The notes under the pieces are model-generated. The model made no database searches. It saw only the letters and a list, made by a program, of their open reading frames with translations, and was not told the DNA's origin. This document shows positions 51,030 to 52,588 of a DNA stretch of 52,588 bases, piece after piece; within the stretch, counting starts at the first letter, position 1, and each line of letters begins with the position of its first letter. The DNA lies in contig NC_068983.1 of NCBI RefSeq assembly GCF_001194135.2, positions 142,348,419 to 142,401,006 of the forward strand, given 5' to 3'. The stretch comes from Octopus bimaculoides (taxonomy: Eukaryota). A program made the position numbers and the translations under genes.

Positions 51030-51975
51030 GAGTGAGAGAGCAGCGTATGCCATCAAAGTGACACTAGAGTACAAATATATAAAGCCCAATATACCCATCA
51101 TCACTACCTATCTGATAAGGGTACACCAGGTACATGCATCACAACCATATGTGCGTGACATGGTGATCTCATATCAAGATACATTTCTTTTATTAGCCAC
51201 ACAGGGCTCAACAAAGATGGGACAAATACAATGTAGAGCTTTTCTTTTTGGGAGGGGGAAGAAAAAAAAAAGTAGGCGTGTGTCGATCAAAAGGGATCGT
51301 AGGAAGGGAAAAAAGGGGGGAGTTCGATCAAAAGAGATCGGGAAAAAAAAGCGATCAATAGGGATCGTGTATCACAGTAATGTTCTCGTGTAAAAAGAGG
51401 GGAGGACAGTTTAGGTTTAGCCGTGGAAAGAAAAGCCTACGGAAAAGACCACGGTAACCTTGGTCAATATTGTCATTGAAGAAACTATAACAGTAAGTGA
51501 CTCTCTTTTGCCTTTTTGTTTTTATTTTTTTCCTGGATTTTTTTTTTTCCTAGTTGGGGCCCAGTTAGAATTTTCTTCATGCTGAGTAGTCCATCCCGCT
51601 CAAAAGACCCTGATTAAAGTTTGTTTCAGGATGTTGAACGAAACACCTATGTTTTCCAGAGGTGAAATAGAACAGATGAAAGAGATGCAAGTGGTTAACT
51701 TCTTGCGTGAGAGAGGAGGCGCTGAAAGAGTCGTCGGTATAGGTTCGTACTGTTCTGGCGTAAAACTGGTGAAATGGGAGATTTGAGACTCAGCATAACT
51801 GAAAAAAAAAAAAGGCTGGTATAGTTGAATCACTCCAGTGATTTGTTCATACAGCTTTCCCGCGAAGGAGACGACGTGTGTGCTTTTATGTGAGTATGTG
51901 TATAGATATGTGGAGATTATGAGGCATTCGTGAAGCTTAATGCGTGTGGGAAGAGAGAGAGAGAGAGAGTATGTG

Positions 51976-52015
<40 letters not shown>

Positions 52016-52444
52016 CAAGGAATAATCCTAATGAAGGATGTGAAGGCTCTTGTATTTTGTTAATTGCAATTCTGGGTTTCATATGTGATGACGAGAGAGA
52101 AAAAGAAAAAAATTAACAGCACAAAAGGATAAAGGAGCCGAGAAGAGAGGGGAAACATAACATATATTGGAAAATTACTTTGTTGTTTTAGCCTAATAGA
52201 AGTAAATGTAGTGAAAGGAAATTAAGCTATTCCTGTACACATTCCTGTACATTTAACTAAATATATACATACACACGCAGAAACATATACACGCAGATAC
52301 ATACACACGCAGATACATACACACGCATACTCACGCTGATCTGCACATATACATACATGCATACATACATACATACATACATGCATGCATACATACATAC
52401 ACACATACATATATATACATACATACACACACACATACACACAT

Positions 52445-52477
<33 letters not shown>

Positions 52478-52588
52478 TACATACATACACACATACACAC
52501 ATACACACATACATACATACACACATACACACATACATATATATACATACATACACACATACACACGTACATACATACATACACACAC

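Overview
Eukaryotic, AT-rich, microsatellite-saturated scaffold with nine N-gaps. The SINE families and repeat landscape look cephalopod, probably Octopus; that assignment is inference from recall, not a database hit. The only host gene I can support is a three-exon, plus-strand ERK-type MAP kinase phosphatase (DUSP6/7/9, MKP3 class): join(3456..3837,17361..17747,30397..30755), 1128 nt, 375 aa. It has a rhodanese/KIM domain, an intact catalytic domain (Asp loop [15 protein letters not shown]) and canonical GT-AG phase-1 introns of 13.5 and 12.6 kb. The rest is repeats: three tRNA-derived SINE families, two copies of a 631-bp TIR element (GG termini, probable 8-bp TSD, internal TTAGGG repeats and an inner inverted repeat), a decayed Penelope-like element (RT plus GIY-YIG) with a (TAACCC)4 insert, a PLE-type minimal hammerhead-like motif, a mariner fragment, an RTE fragment, and a head-to-tail stack of two different R4/Dong-like RLE retrotransposons in an (AAT)n array. 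Almost all other ORFs in the track are microsatellite or gap artefacts. I see no evidence of a new multi-gene system; the best leads are mobile-element architectures and motif changes in the phosphatase.
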